This document shows positions 26,183-38,589 of a stretch of DNA of 64,000 bases, piece after piece. Position 1 is the first letter of the stretch. Each line of letters opens with the position of its first letter. The position numbers and the translations under genes were made by a program. Source of the DNA: Dicyema japonicum (taxonomy: Eukaryota; Animalia; Dicyemida); contig RDEW01000009.1 of assembly GCA_011109175.1 (NCBI GenBank), positions 578,875-642,874 on the forward strand. The letters are read 5' to 3'. Under the pieces are notes generated by a model. It ran no database searches, was not told where the DNA came from, and worked only from the letters and a program-made list of their open reading frames with translations.

Positions 26183-26760
26183 CAACAAACAGAAGATTGA
26201 CAAACTCCGCTCCATGTGTAACCATAAATGAAAACTCAATCCCCACGACCAACTCGGTCAAGATACTGGGCGTAACTTACGTCTCACTCTTGACCTTCAG
26301 CAAACACATCGACAACGTCATCTCTTCGGCACAACGATAGCTAAATTTTGTTAAAACTCTCCTTGGACAATATAATAAGTGTTTCAACTCAAATTTGGAC
26401 TCGCTCTACGTGCAGTATATTCAACCGTCTCTAACTTACGAGTGTGCGCATGGGGAACCAACCTATCAAACAGGAATATAGAGAAAATTAATACCTTCCA
26501 AAAAATGGCCAGTAAGGTTTTGCAAAGGTTTTCTTGGACACCTCTAAACCCTACACCTTTTGAGGAATTAGTGAGGAAACCGGAGCCTTACTACCCTTCA
26601 AAAAAGTTAGAAACCCCAGCCCAATCCGGAAATGCGTTAAAACCCGGGAAGAACACCGAGCAAGAATGAGATGGCTACTCGAGGCGGCCAGAATCACCTG
26701 ACGGCTATGTAGTTATTTAATTTGTCGGTGATTTTTGGTTTTTAATCATAATAATAAAAA
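26183..26760 (+). mobile_element. 5'-truncated Vingi-like 3' fragment, close copy of 16485-17050
   Basis: Near-identical by eye over about 570 bp (compare ORFs 16679 and 26379). Confidence 0.88.
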
Positions 26761-26812
26761 TTATTAAATAAAAGTAACATTTTTGCTTATCTTATGAATT
26801 ACTTGACCCTGG

Positions 26813-27123
26813 AGTAACAAAAAATAGCCGCGTGGCGCCATGTGATGCTTCGTGGCTAATTGATTGAAGTTTCTGTTTTGTTTTTCTGTTCCTCTCTCTT
26901 CCTATTAGAGTGGCGCCCAGTGCCAGGCCGGCACGAAAAAGGATCATTTTCTCTCCCCCACTCCACTGGAGGGGTTTTCCACAACTGCAACTATGGACGT
27001 CTTACCCTTTATGCTGACTTCGGATGGACTCTTTCTGTAGAAGTGGAAACTGGATACATTTAATTAGTTGTTTACTATAACTTCTTTCTCGGTGTATCCG
27101 GGGTTAATAAATTAAATTAATTA
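26813..27123 (+). mobile_element. Short non-autonomous Vingi-derived retroelement (311 bp) with 16-bp TSD
   Basis: aattacttgaccctgg at 26797-26812 and 27124-27139; homologous to 11823-12108 but lacks about 26 nt of the pseudoknot. Confidence 0.88.
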
Positions 27124-27199
27124 AATTACTTGACCCTGGCGGTAACATTTGCACGGGCTGTAGGTAAAGATGTCAAACAGTTCAAAGATATAAAAATGT

Positions 27200-27650
27200 C
27201 ACGACCATCCCGGGATCGACATGTCTAGAGCTATCGATACTATTAGCAGACACAATCTAATGGATGTCGTACAACAATTCGTAGACCAATCGTTGCAAAT
27301 GATTATCCGAGTACTACCCTAGTACTGATCTGTCTGTCAGGATTGGAAAAACTATATTCAGCCTCCTCACGTAGATTCTCTCTCAGGATTATTACCAAGA
27401 CCCGATGAGGATTATTTGGGCACATATTACAGATGAATCATGCCGTTCCTGGTTACGATATTAAGGAATCATAATCCTCTGCTCAGTGGCTCTTAGAAGG
27501 AAGACACGAACAACTTTGCCACCAATGATGAACATCGATCTAAATCATGTTAAAATGGCATTAAAAGACGCAGATGATCTAGACAGCCTATGAAAAATCG
27601 TAATCTAGAAAAGAGCGTGGAGGAGTCTAACAGGCCGGATCATCTGAGGG
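27200..27650 (+). mobile_element. RTE-like LINE 3' fragment
   Basis: RLFGHILQMNHAVP-like and LPPMMNIDL..DADDL motifs. Confidence 0.55.
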
Positions 27651-27713
27651 GTAGCACAAGCGACGGGACGGATATAACTTTCTTATTGCGAATGTGCATT
27701 ACGTTTTCGAGTA

Positions 27714-27915
27714 TGACGAGTGACGTTGTTATCAGTGAATGCTTTACTTTGGCCCGGATTGTCTGAATAGGAATCATGCAAAAAAAAAAGAATCTTGGTT
27801 CCCTCCTCCCTTTCAACGATTAGTGAATATAACTGTTCTTGCTCAAATAAAGTGTGTTTCTTGCCTATGTAGAGTTATAAATATTATGGCTATCGTTAAA
27901 AGGCTGCTATTTTTA
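27714..27915 (+). mobile_element. SINE 3' half
   Basis: tgacgagtgacg..tcagtg core and aataaagtgtgt...ataaatattatggct tail. Confidence 0.8.
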
Positions 27916-28519
27916 TAATTTTTTTTATTGAGAATTCCAATTTTGAACGCTTCCTCCGGATTTGAAATACTTTACTGGAATTTTAGTAAACTGAAAATAC
28001 TACTGTTTCTTTTGAACCTACGAAAAAGAAGACGGGGACATTTATTATCATGAAGCTAAGTAGATATTCCATGCAAAAGAAACACGTCATCAGATCTTTC
28101 AAATTAAAAAAATATTTTTATGGAAAATCTCTTGTGTTGGGTGTGAAACATCGAATCATTTACTGTTTCATTGACACCCTTTCTAACTCTCAAATACTGA
28201 ATCTGAAAGGAAAAAGTTAAGAAATACTTTCTCCCTGGAGATCGTTTAAAACAACCTTTGGAGCGGTTTGGAGAATGAGTAAAGGAGTGGTCATCAAAAT
28301 CGGAAATGCGGTTGCAAAAGGACTCAGAGACCATCAGCACAGAGATGGTTTCCACATCTCTTGGGGATTCTTCTTGACACTTGGTGCTTGATTTATTACT
28401 AATGTCATTTTTATTAGTAAGCAATAATAGAATCATATAAAATATAGTTCTACACGTGGCGGGCTCGGGTGACCCTGGTTGGCAATTTTTTATATCTTCC
28501 TCTGTTCGCTGTCTGACTC

Positions 28520-29400
28520 CTCAAAGCATCAAGTCTTTGGCCGTTCCTCTGTGTTTTCTTTAACAACTTCAGATCATTATTAATAATTTCTGGAAAAGTC
28601 GTACGTGGACGTCAACTGAATCTTTTACCTTGATACTGCGAAGTAGTCTTCCATGATATTTCCTGGCGTGTTTTGACCCAACCTTAGAATATGTGGAAAC
28701 AGATACCACCTTGTTTCTGTGAATAATATACTTATGGGTCTCGTGAAGCATCTTTCGTATAACGCTTCATTCCTTATTCGCTTGGTCATACAGAATTCTC
28801 TTGGTCGTCTTCCTATCCATTCGTTGATTAATTTAGTCATAGTGACTGCTTATTCTATCGCTGATCCTCCAGAAACAGCATAGTCCATTAAGCAAGTCCT
28901 CATGCACTGCAAACCGCTGTCCATAATGTCACAGACAACAGGAAGTAAAATTAATCTGTAATTTCCGTGACTCATCGAGGCCTTGGACTTTCGTTTCTTA
29001 AAGGAAGCATATCGATCTTCCGCACTTGACAAAGCAGATGCCTCTTCGGCCGAGATTTCTCGAGGCCATTACGTTCCATCTGCAATGACACAGAGCTAAG
29101 CCACCACATGGTCTGGTGTATTCTCGCCGAAAATAATCAGGAACGCTATTTGAACGATAAAGCCTTTTCGTGAATGTGACCCTGACGGTGTTTCTATAAT
29201 TCTATTGAAGCATATCGGTAATATGGCCAACAAATCCAGCCGTTATCTTCGGACTTTGTTATATTGGACATTCAGAAACCATTCGACTCAGTATCCAGTA
29301 AAATACTGACTAGAAGTTTCCGACAGCGAGATTAACCGTAAATGAAGTTATGGATTGGTAATTTACTTAATGGATGCAGAAGACTAGTGTGTATTGACTC
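28520..29400 (-). mobile_element. RTE-like LINE internal fragment (decayed)
   Basis: ORFs 28850-29032 and 28569-28751 contain YRLILLPV and RT domain 1-2-like remnants. Confidence 0.45.
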
Positions 29401-29504
29401 TTTGAGATCAAATTCTCGTTTTAATTCCAATTGAGTCCCTCGAGGATTTCCGCTCTCATGCCTTCTTTAACCAATTTCCATAAGTTATTCCGTATCATGA
29501 AGGA

Positions 29505-32357
29505 GGTTCATTATGAAATTATTTTTTATTGCATTAATTTCATGCGGCTCGCCGACGACGAGGTGGCATTTGGAAAAAAAGAACCACACTTTCCCCTATC
29601 TTCACGGGTGGACCAATAAGGAAGGCCTGGCCGCTGCGGAGACGTTGAGGCAAACCCTGGACCAGCCAGATTAGTCCAACTCAACATAAATGGAATCAAG
29701 AACAAGATACTCGAACTTCGGACATTTGTGAAAGAAAATCACATTGATCTGTTGCTAATTCAAGAGTCTAAGCTTTCTCCAAAGAATTCAACACCAGTAT
29801 TTCCGGGATTCACAGTAATTCGCCGTGACAGAATTGGCAAACTTGGTGGGGGTCTTCTCACAGTTATCCGCAACGGCATTCCGTTTGAGGACTTAGCTAA
29901 CAGTGCTTACACTATGCTTAAAGGATATGGAAATCTCGAACTTTTGGTTACCAAAGTACGATTCCCAAGGCTATCAATAATAATTGTCAACGCAAGTCTC
30001 CCATTGTTGAGTTCCTACTCGTCCAGTGCTCCCAGACTCACTCCTCTCGCATCACTGAAGGATGTGATTATCTGTGGTGACTTCAATGCGAAGCACCCAC
30101 TGTGGCTGACAGGACAAACCTACGACAAAAGAGGGAAGATGATAATTGAGGACCTCCACAGCCTATGTATACTCAACGATCCTGCATCTCATACAAGAAC
30201 ACCTACTCGACGTAACGATAAACCTTCTATCAACATCTCATTGTCTAACACCGTCCTTGGCCCCTCTTATTGACTGGTCAGTGAAGTATGACACCAGGAG
30301 TGACCACAATCTAATATTTTTGGAGGTCAAAACAAGGTCACGGATAAAAGGACAATGCCCAACGATAACTAACTACATCCTTGCTAATTGGAAAGGATTC
30401 AAGGAATACGTCGATAATTGTATTGGACTATTAAATTTCCCCACTCCTTCCTCCGTCGAACAATTAGTGAATGGTTCAACTCCACCATAAACGCTGCGAA
30501 AAAGAAGTACATTCCTATGGGGAGACAACCTACGTCATCAAAACGTTTCAGCACAACGACGAAACATCTGATCAGAGAACGAAATAATCTAAAGATGGTA
30601 AAATCGCCAACAGAAGAGAACATCAGAAAAATACGAGAATTGAACAGAGAGATCGACAACAACATAAAGGCAGAAAATGTAAATAGATGGACGAGACTAT
30701 CGAAACTATCTCAAAAACCCTTCAATGCAGAGAGTGTGGAAGTGTGGAAGAACATCAAAAGATCCTCCCCAGAAGAAAAGTCGAAGTCTACATAAAACCA
30801 GACACTCTGATAAAATATTACACGTCTATATCCTACAAGAAGTTTTAAAAGAACACCAAGTATTCCTGTAAAAGATTGAACCGAAACGCTCCGATGACTG
30901 GATCCTATTTACTAGTCAGGATATTCGCAGAGCCATATCTAAGCCAACAACTCAGAGGCCAAAGGACCAGACAACATAACCAAATGTGAACTGAAGCACC
31001 TAGGACATCGAGCCCTGGGACTATTAGTCTATATCTTCAACCTATCCATTAACACAAATACAATCCCTGAAATACGGAAGAAGTCTCTAATCAAACCTAT
31101 TCGAAAACCCAACAAACCAATAGATGAACCATCTTCCTATCGCCCATTATCTATTCTAAGTCCGGTTTCAAGGATCCTTGAAAGGCTTGTCTTGGAAAAA
31201 TACAAGACTCAATTACCTCCGACCCAGCACAAATTCCGGGATAACCATTCGACAACAACACACCTTACAACCCTCACACAATTCTTTGCGGAAGGATTTA
31301 ACTCCTCCAAACCTCATTAGAGGACAGTACTTATATCCGTGGACATCACAAAAGCCTTTGACTCAGTCCCTAGGAAACTCCTAACAAATAAAATATTTGA
31401 AACCAACATCCATCAGAACCTGAAACTTTGGCTTGGAAACTTCCTAAATGAAGACGAGCACAAATACTCTGCAACAACATCAAATCAAGATCTCGCTATT
31501 TCCTAAATGGAGTCTCTCAAGGCTCCCCACTATCACCCCAACTCTTCATCTCTACATAAACGACATGCCACAAACCTGTAATGAAAGCTGTCTAATCCTC
31601 TCTATGCCGACGATATCACTCTTGCTTCCAAGGACAGAAACATTCAATCAGCGACTCAGTCCGCTCAACAAATGCTTGACAAGCTGGAACTATAGCTCTC
31701 GAAGCGGAGACTCGACACATCAGCAACAAAGTCCTCTGTCACTGTTTACCACTACAAAAGACAGCTCTGTATCGAACCAAAATCTTTATGAAAAACGAAG
31801 CTATTCTATTAACAAAACACCGAAGATTCTGGAGTAACCTTTGATCAGGGACTCACTTTATCCGACATGTTGAAAAACAAAATAACTTCTGCTCTGAAGA
31901 AAATGAGAATTTTAAAAGTGCTTTCAAAAACACTTAGAGACCAAACTGGTGGCCTTGCCACGATTTATGAACAATTTATCCAACCAACGATGACGTATGC
32001 AACTCCTTCATGGACAATGCAGATTTCACGATCCTCCTCATTGAAACTATCCGCAATCGAGGAAACTGCAATAAGGTTAATTGGACCAGAACACAAAATC
32101 CAGCCATTGAAAATTTCTTAATCGAATTACAACGGAATCTCCTAAAGGAGGCTATTTTACCGAGCTGCCCTCTATTCCAAACACTATCGAAATATCTACA
32201 ATCATACAGAAATTTTGAGCCGATGCCATGTCCAATGAGAAGAGCTGTTCAGGATTTTCGACCCCGCCGGACTCGTTCTTTCCTTTGTCGGTCTGGGATC
32301 ACTTAGATGAGAACTTTTATTTCTTTCTCTTTGACCCAGTGATCATGGAGGTAATAA
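29505..32357 (+). mobile_element. Vingi-like LINE, full-length insertion with 12-bp TSD, decayed ORF
   Basis: tatcatgaagga at 29493-29504 and 32358-32369; CGDVEANPGP in frame with LVQLNINGIKNKILEL; CGDFNAKHPLW; YRPLSILS; DITKAFDSVPR; YADD; 3' stem and TAATAA. Confidence 0.92.
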
Positions 32358-33334
32358 TATCATGAAGGAATCAATATACGCAAACCGATGACTTTATAAT
32401 TGGAAGTCGTGTTCCATACAGGAAGCAACGATAAAACCGTGGGGTTTTCTTGCGAAACTTGAGACCTGATTGGAATCGAACCGACTGTCAATCTCTATCG
32501 AGAAATCTTCCTATAAGATTTTCTTTAAGAGTGAGATTCTAAACCTCTAATTTTCCGACAGGTCTTCTAAGTGAAATGCTACAACCTCTGAGAGGATCAT
32601 TAAAGGACTTAAACGAAAGGTCGTTTCATATATGAAAGAAACCGGTGATTAAAAAGAAAGTATCCACGACTCTGTAAAATCTCCTGAAAAGGAACGGTTT
32701 AATTTCCGGTCTATGGTGGGCACACTGTAGACAAATTGCTTCCATTAAAAAGTACCAAAATCACATAATAAGTCGGATGACATCCTTCTTCATGTTCTTT
32801 AAGTCAAATAAATATGGGCAGTTCTGTGTGGATTTTACGATTGACTGCCTTTGATCTTTTTAGATGTTTCCTTTCACAAATAGGATCCAGAATTTCCCGG
32901 TTGAAATAAGATTGTAGTCTCAGTTGAATGGAAATAAATTATTTGTTGGCTGAAAGTATAACTGAGTAAAGAAAAGTTATAGACTCAATTGAGATGTTAA
33001 AATCGTCTTATCTTGCTTTCCTGTGGTTTAGTAATAAGCAATACGGGAAATTAGGAGTAGGGAAGGGACCAGAATCTGGATTTTTGTATCAATGCAATAC
33101 AAAACTCAACCATTCAAAGATCGTCCAGGACAACTGGGGAATGATTCTTAACCATCCACGGAAGCAAGGGTTATTAGACGTGAAGTAGCCCTAGGTTAAG
33201 TTATTAAGTAGCCATCCATGCACATGTTCGCCTAAACAGTAAACAACTAATTGTGACAAACTTAATATTCACTAAAATTTTGCATTTAAATTAAAAAAAA
33301 AATTAATTTAAATTCAAAAATTATAAAAGCATTC

Positions 33335-34192
33335 ATGATGTTTAGGGTTTCGTTATATTTATAATTAGATTACTGTGCAGATTCTTCAAAAGAGACTTGT
33401 CTACACGAGCTACTTGAAAGAAGAGGGATTCAAGAATTTCATCTACCTTAGGAGACCATTGGACAGTTTAAAATTCGATAGTACTTCAAATCATATTTTA
33501 GTATAGAAAACGAAGAATACCTTGATTATTGCAGAAAAGAATGGGAGAAGATGCCACCATATCGACAAAATGTAAAAATATTTGTATAAACCAGATTTAT
33601 GTGGGTGGGGCTCTAACAAGTAAACTGAAATACATTAAATTTACGAAATCCAGCAATGTTGAAAATTCTATCAATAGAATAGCTCGTTTGTTCACTAGTA
33701 ATTGTAGATCAATACTATAAATGGAATATAATTCCAAAATACCCAAGTATATTGTTGATAAAGCGTTTAATATTTCTACGGAATTGCATCGAAGGTGGAC
33801 TGGATGTCAGAAATACTGGAACTATGCTATTTGCTGAGAATTTTTCTAAGGAAAATGTTATTTATGAGCATTATTGAAGGAACTCTTCAAGAATCGGGCT
33901 GAATACATAGAAAATTATCGAAGGGCTGTAGACGTATGGATAGAGAAGAGCATAAGTCAGTCTCATTTTCTGATTGGTTGGATTATTTAATATAAAAGTC
34001 CCTTCGGCTGTTCTAAGTGAGGATGAAGCTATTGACAAGAGGAGACAAATCCTCGATATGATAGTATTCAAATATTACAGACGTCTCTTTAATCCCGCAT
34101 TTTTATGCTATGTGTACTCTCAGACGAAAGCCAAAGAATCGAGTCCGGTTGTAATGTTTGAACATTTTAGGAAGAAATTAATTTTTTTCTAA
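33335..34192 (+). CDS. Hypothetical multi-exon protein, family not recognised
   Basis: AT-rich upstream island; 22-26 nt GT-AG introns join open pieces (ITVQILQKRL.., NEEYLDYCRKEWEKMPPYRQN, IYVGGALTSK.., ..RKKLIFF-stop). Confidence 0.5.
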
Positions 34193-34806
34193 AATCGTGG
34201 AAGTTATTGAGCCGTGAACAAAGGAATGTTGTTATTTATATATATTTTATTAGGCATATTCGAGAATGTCATTTTTCTATAATTATGTCCCTGTCAATAT
34301 TGACTATGATCTTTATTAATAACTTGCATTAATAAACTGTGTTTACGATTATTTTACGTTGTTGATATTATTAATATCCAATATCAACGCTTTTTTGATT
34401 TCTCCTTCGATTAGTTGTGAGTTCAATTCCCACACCGCTGCCTACTTGGTCGAAGGATCTATTTCTGTTCTTTTCTTTATTCGATTCCTAATAGGTGTCA
34501 TGGGATTTGCATAACTCGGGAGGTTCCCATTGATGGTCGATATCCATAAGGGATCTTCCTCTTCTCTTACTCCAGCTGGAAGGGTTCACATAAATGGTTG
34601 ATATGGATTGATTTTTGGAAAGGATTCGTCTCACTCCGACCGTGGGAACTGGATATATATCTCAATAAGACGTTAATTAAATTTAACCTTTTCTCAGTGC
34701 ATCGGGGTTATTAAATAAATAATATTTTAAAATTGAGACCAGTCTGCCTTGCGATTAGATGATCGGAAGCCTAACTCAGGTCCACTATGAAATAACACTT
34801 AATGGC

Positions 34807-34875
34807 AATGGCCTTCTTGGCTGAATGTAACGTCTGATGACATCGGATCTGACAGTCGTGGGTTCGAACCTGAAA
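34807..34875 (+). mobile_element. tRNA-like SINE head without body
   Basis: A-box-like tggctgaatgtaa and B box ggttcgaacc; no closed acceptor stem. Confidence 0.45.
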
Positions 34876-34924
34876 GATTTTCAGCAAAAGTCCTTTCTTG
34901 ACAAATCCAATGATGAAGATTGCA

Positions 34925-36208
34925 TTATGGAAGTTCTGCCCTAAGAATGAAGAGATGCCCTCGGCAGTAGGACGTGTAATGAAAATGGAAAAGATGGGCC
35001 GTGGTGGATATAATTTTCTTAATGGACTTTTGAGACATCGGAAACCCTGAAATTTTGAAATAACTGGATATATATCTCAATAGCCATCTGGCTTGATAAT
35101 AACAAACAAAAATTTCTCGAATAGACATTATTTCGTGACATTTAGCAGCATCACTAGTTTTTCTGAAAGTTCCATGGGACCATGTTGTAGTAACTCTGAA
35201 CAAATATAATCGGGGTGCTGGAGAGTTTCTTTATTACTCTGATATCCTCGGTGAAATTTTGACAACCAAAATTGCTCGAGTCAGAAATTTTTTTCAAATG
35301 GAAATTGGATTTGTTGTTTATAGGAACAAAAATATTTATTTACCCCCCAGACAATGAATGAAACTGGTGGCTAACAAGAACGTCCCAGAGATCCAACAGG
35401 TGTATTTGATGCTGCTCATAACTCGAAGGAGGGTTCAGATAAGAGAAGAGGTATTTTGGTCGTCAAGAAGGCAGGATAGGTAAAGTGGAGAGGACGATTA
35501 TAAGATTCTCGTAAATCCATTTGGTGACCACAACCAAGTGGGCATGAACTTCCCGAAGTAGGGAAGCTTTGCTTTCGTCAATATTCGGTGGAAGAGGTCC
35601 AAGAAGCTTGTTGGTAGCAAGGCTTTTGATAGCATTTGTGCAAATTCAGTCATGGATCGTTTGAGATGGGTTTGTCTCTAAAATGGTTCTAAGAATTCTA
35701 ACTTTGTCAGAGGGAGTAAAAATAATTCCCCTTTTGCTTGTGGAGACCCAAAGGAATGACCCGGCGTTTTGAGACTGATCATTGTGAAATGTTCCCTAAT
35801 TGTGAGAATTTTTGAGTCAGTAAGCAGAGTTTTCAGTCAGTTGTAATTTTCGAGGTTTATTATTGATAAACAGGGACTCCATGCAGGACAACACAGTTTA
35901 TCGTTGTTACTATAAAAATTTTTTCTGATAAATTTTTTGTAGATTATCGTCATAATCTCTTTGATCCAGTCAAACGTAGGTGCCACAGCCGGAGTAAGTT
36001 GATCATCAGAGATTTTTCGCATACATATACGAACGAAAGTGCATTTAAATTTGGGGCATAAATAATCAATAGATATATTTATGTAATTATATCCTCTTAT
36101 TCTCAAACCTCCTTAGTTTGGAACTACTACACCGTTCCTTCACTACACACTCCTCCTCACCATCGTCCAGCTACTGTTAACTCACCATCGTCCAGCTACT
36201 GGTTCCAT
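34925..36208 (-). CDS. Hypothetical multi-exon gene, copy A; copy B about 36357-37630
   Basis: Several 60-90 aa open minus-strand segments, AT-rich upstream region, intron-like segments; product not recognised. Confidence 0.4.
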
Positions 36209-37781
36209 TTTCCCTCTTAGTAACTTTATTGACTCAAAATAAAATTTTTCATTTTTAAAAATCGACACTGGGTTGATAAAACTCTAAGGTATTTTTAAAT
36301 GATAAATTTTACTTATCACTCCGGACAGTATCAACAGCCCGGACCTGACATACAACAAGTTCTGCCTAAGAATGAAGCGATGTCCTCGACAGTAGGACGT
36401 GTAATGAAAATGGAAAAAGATGGGCCGTGGTGGATATAATTTTCTTAATGGACTTTTGAGACATCGGAAACCCTGAAATTTTGAAATAACTGGATATATA
36501 TCTCAATAGCCATCTGGCTTGATAATAAACAACAAAAATTTCTCGAATAGTCATTATTTCGTGACATTTAGCAGCATCACTAGTTTTTCTGAAAGTTCCA
36601 TGGGACCATGTTGTAGTAACTCTGAACAAATATAGTCGGGTGCTGGAGAGTTTCTTTATTACTCTGATATCCTCAGTGAAATTTTGACAACCAAAATTGC
36701 TCGAGTCAGAAATTTTTCAAATAGAAATTGGATTTGTTGTTTATAGGAACAAAAATATTTATTTACCCCCCAGACAATGAATGAAACTGGTGGCTAACAT
36801 GAACGTCCCAGAGATCCAACAGGTGTATTTGATGCTGCTCATAACTCGAAGGAGGGTTTAGATAAGAGAAGAGGTATTTTGGTCGTCAAGAAGGCAGGAT
36901 AGGTAAAGTGGAGAGGACGATTATAAGATTCTCGTAAATCCATTTGGTGACCACAACTAAGTGGACATGAACTTGCCGCAGTAGGGAAGCTTTGCTTTCG
37001 TCAATATTCTAAGGAAAACGTCCAAGAATCTTGTTGGTACCAAGGCTTTTGATAGCATTTGTGAAAATTCAGTCATGGATCGTTTGAGATGGGTTTGTCT
37101 CTAAAATGGTTCTAAGAATTCTAACTTTGTCAGAGGAGTAAAAATAATTCCCCTTTTGCTTGTGGAGACCCAAAGGAATGACCCGGCGTTTTGAGACTGA
37201 TCATTGTGAAATGTTCCCTAACTGTGAGAATTTTTGAGTCAGTAAGCAGAGTTTTCAGTCAGTTGTAATTTTCGAGGTTTATTATTGATAAACAGGGACT
37301 CCATGCAGGACAACACAGTTTATCGTTGTTACTATAAAAATTTTTTCTGATAAATTTTTTGTAGATTATCGTCAAAATCTCTTTGATCCAGTCAAACGTA
37401 GGTGCCACAGCCGGAGTAAGTTGATCATCAGAGATTTTTCGCATACATATACGAACGAAAGTGCATTTAAATTTGAAGCAGAAATAATCAATAGATATAT
37501 TTATGTAATTATATCCTCTTATTCTCAAACCTCCTTCGTTTGGAGCTACTACACAGTTCCTTCACTACACACTCCTCCTCATCATCGTCCAGCTACTGTT
37601 AACTCACCATCGTCCAGCTACTGGTTCCATTTTCTCTCTTAGTAACTTTATTGACTCAAAATAAAATTTTTCATTTTTAAAAAATCGACACTGGGTTGAT
37701 AAAACTCTAAGGTATTTTTAAATGATAAATTTTACTTATCACTCCGGACAGTATCAACAGCCCGGACCTGACATACAACAA
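34931..37781. repeat. Direct tandem duplication, unit about 1.43 kb (34931-36358 and 36357-37781)
   Basis: Both units start aagttctgcc and end gacctgacatacaacaa; paired ORFs 34925/36366 and 35837/37259 are nearly identical. Confidence 0.95.
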
Positions 37782-37943
37782 TTAATAAATCGGAAAGGTA
37801 AAAAATGACCCTTAACCATTGAGCCAATTGGCTAATAATAAGCCATCATTATAATATACAAACAAAAATTAAAAATTAAATTATCAATTAGCCATTAATT
37901 ATTTTTGAATGTGATAATTATATCGTTTTTGATGATTACTAAT

Positions 37944-38001
37944 AATGCCACGTGGCTCACCGATGTGGTTGCATTGCACAATTTATGTGAAAAAGAGCCG
38001 C
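37944..38001 (+). ncRNA. Solo Vingi-type 5' pseudoknot
   Basis: P1 aatgc/gcatt, P2 gtggctc/gagccgc, P3 acc/ggt, P4 caca/tgtg, A5 linker. Confidence 0.65.
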
Positions 38002-38387
38002 AAAATCCCTATCCCTTTTTCATTGAGACGTGGATGGTGTTGTGCATTTTTGATGATTAGTGCATAGATACCCTGCAAGCGTAGTCATGGAAGACTACTT
38101 TGGTTTGGATTTTCCAGGTTTTCATGTTCGATCAAGACAATCTTATTGGCCGCCCTGGATGAATACCTTAAAGAAACTGGAAAACGCCTCAAAGATGGGA
38201 AGGACCTTGACAGGCTACGAGACATAGCACTGAACTGTAAAAAGTGGAAGAGGTAGAATGAAAATTTTCATATATTCAGATAATGGAAGGGAAACCGAGT
38301 TGAAGGTAAATAGTTTTCTAAAATTGGTCAGAAAAAATATTTGATTTTTAAGGCTTTCAAGACTTTAACTCTGCTGCTGTCCATTCG

Positions 38388-38500
38388 CTTGAAGGTTCCA
38401 CGCATCTACGATGCTTTGGGTTTTACAAGTGATAGTGTCTCATCACTCCGGAACTGGATTGTCTTTTGGGACTCGCACACAATCAAAAAGAAAAGAACTA
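38388..38500 (+). mobile_element. SINE internal fragment
   Basis: gaaggttccacgcatctacgatgc...ggaactggattgtc. Confidence 0.75.
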
Positions 38501-38589
38501 GTCGAGAACATTTTCAATGTCTTGGGTATACTTTGGATTAATTAACATTACTCTTCTTTTTTTTAATTTAAAAACATTTATTTATAACA

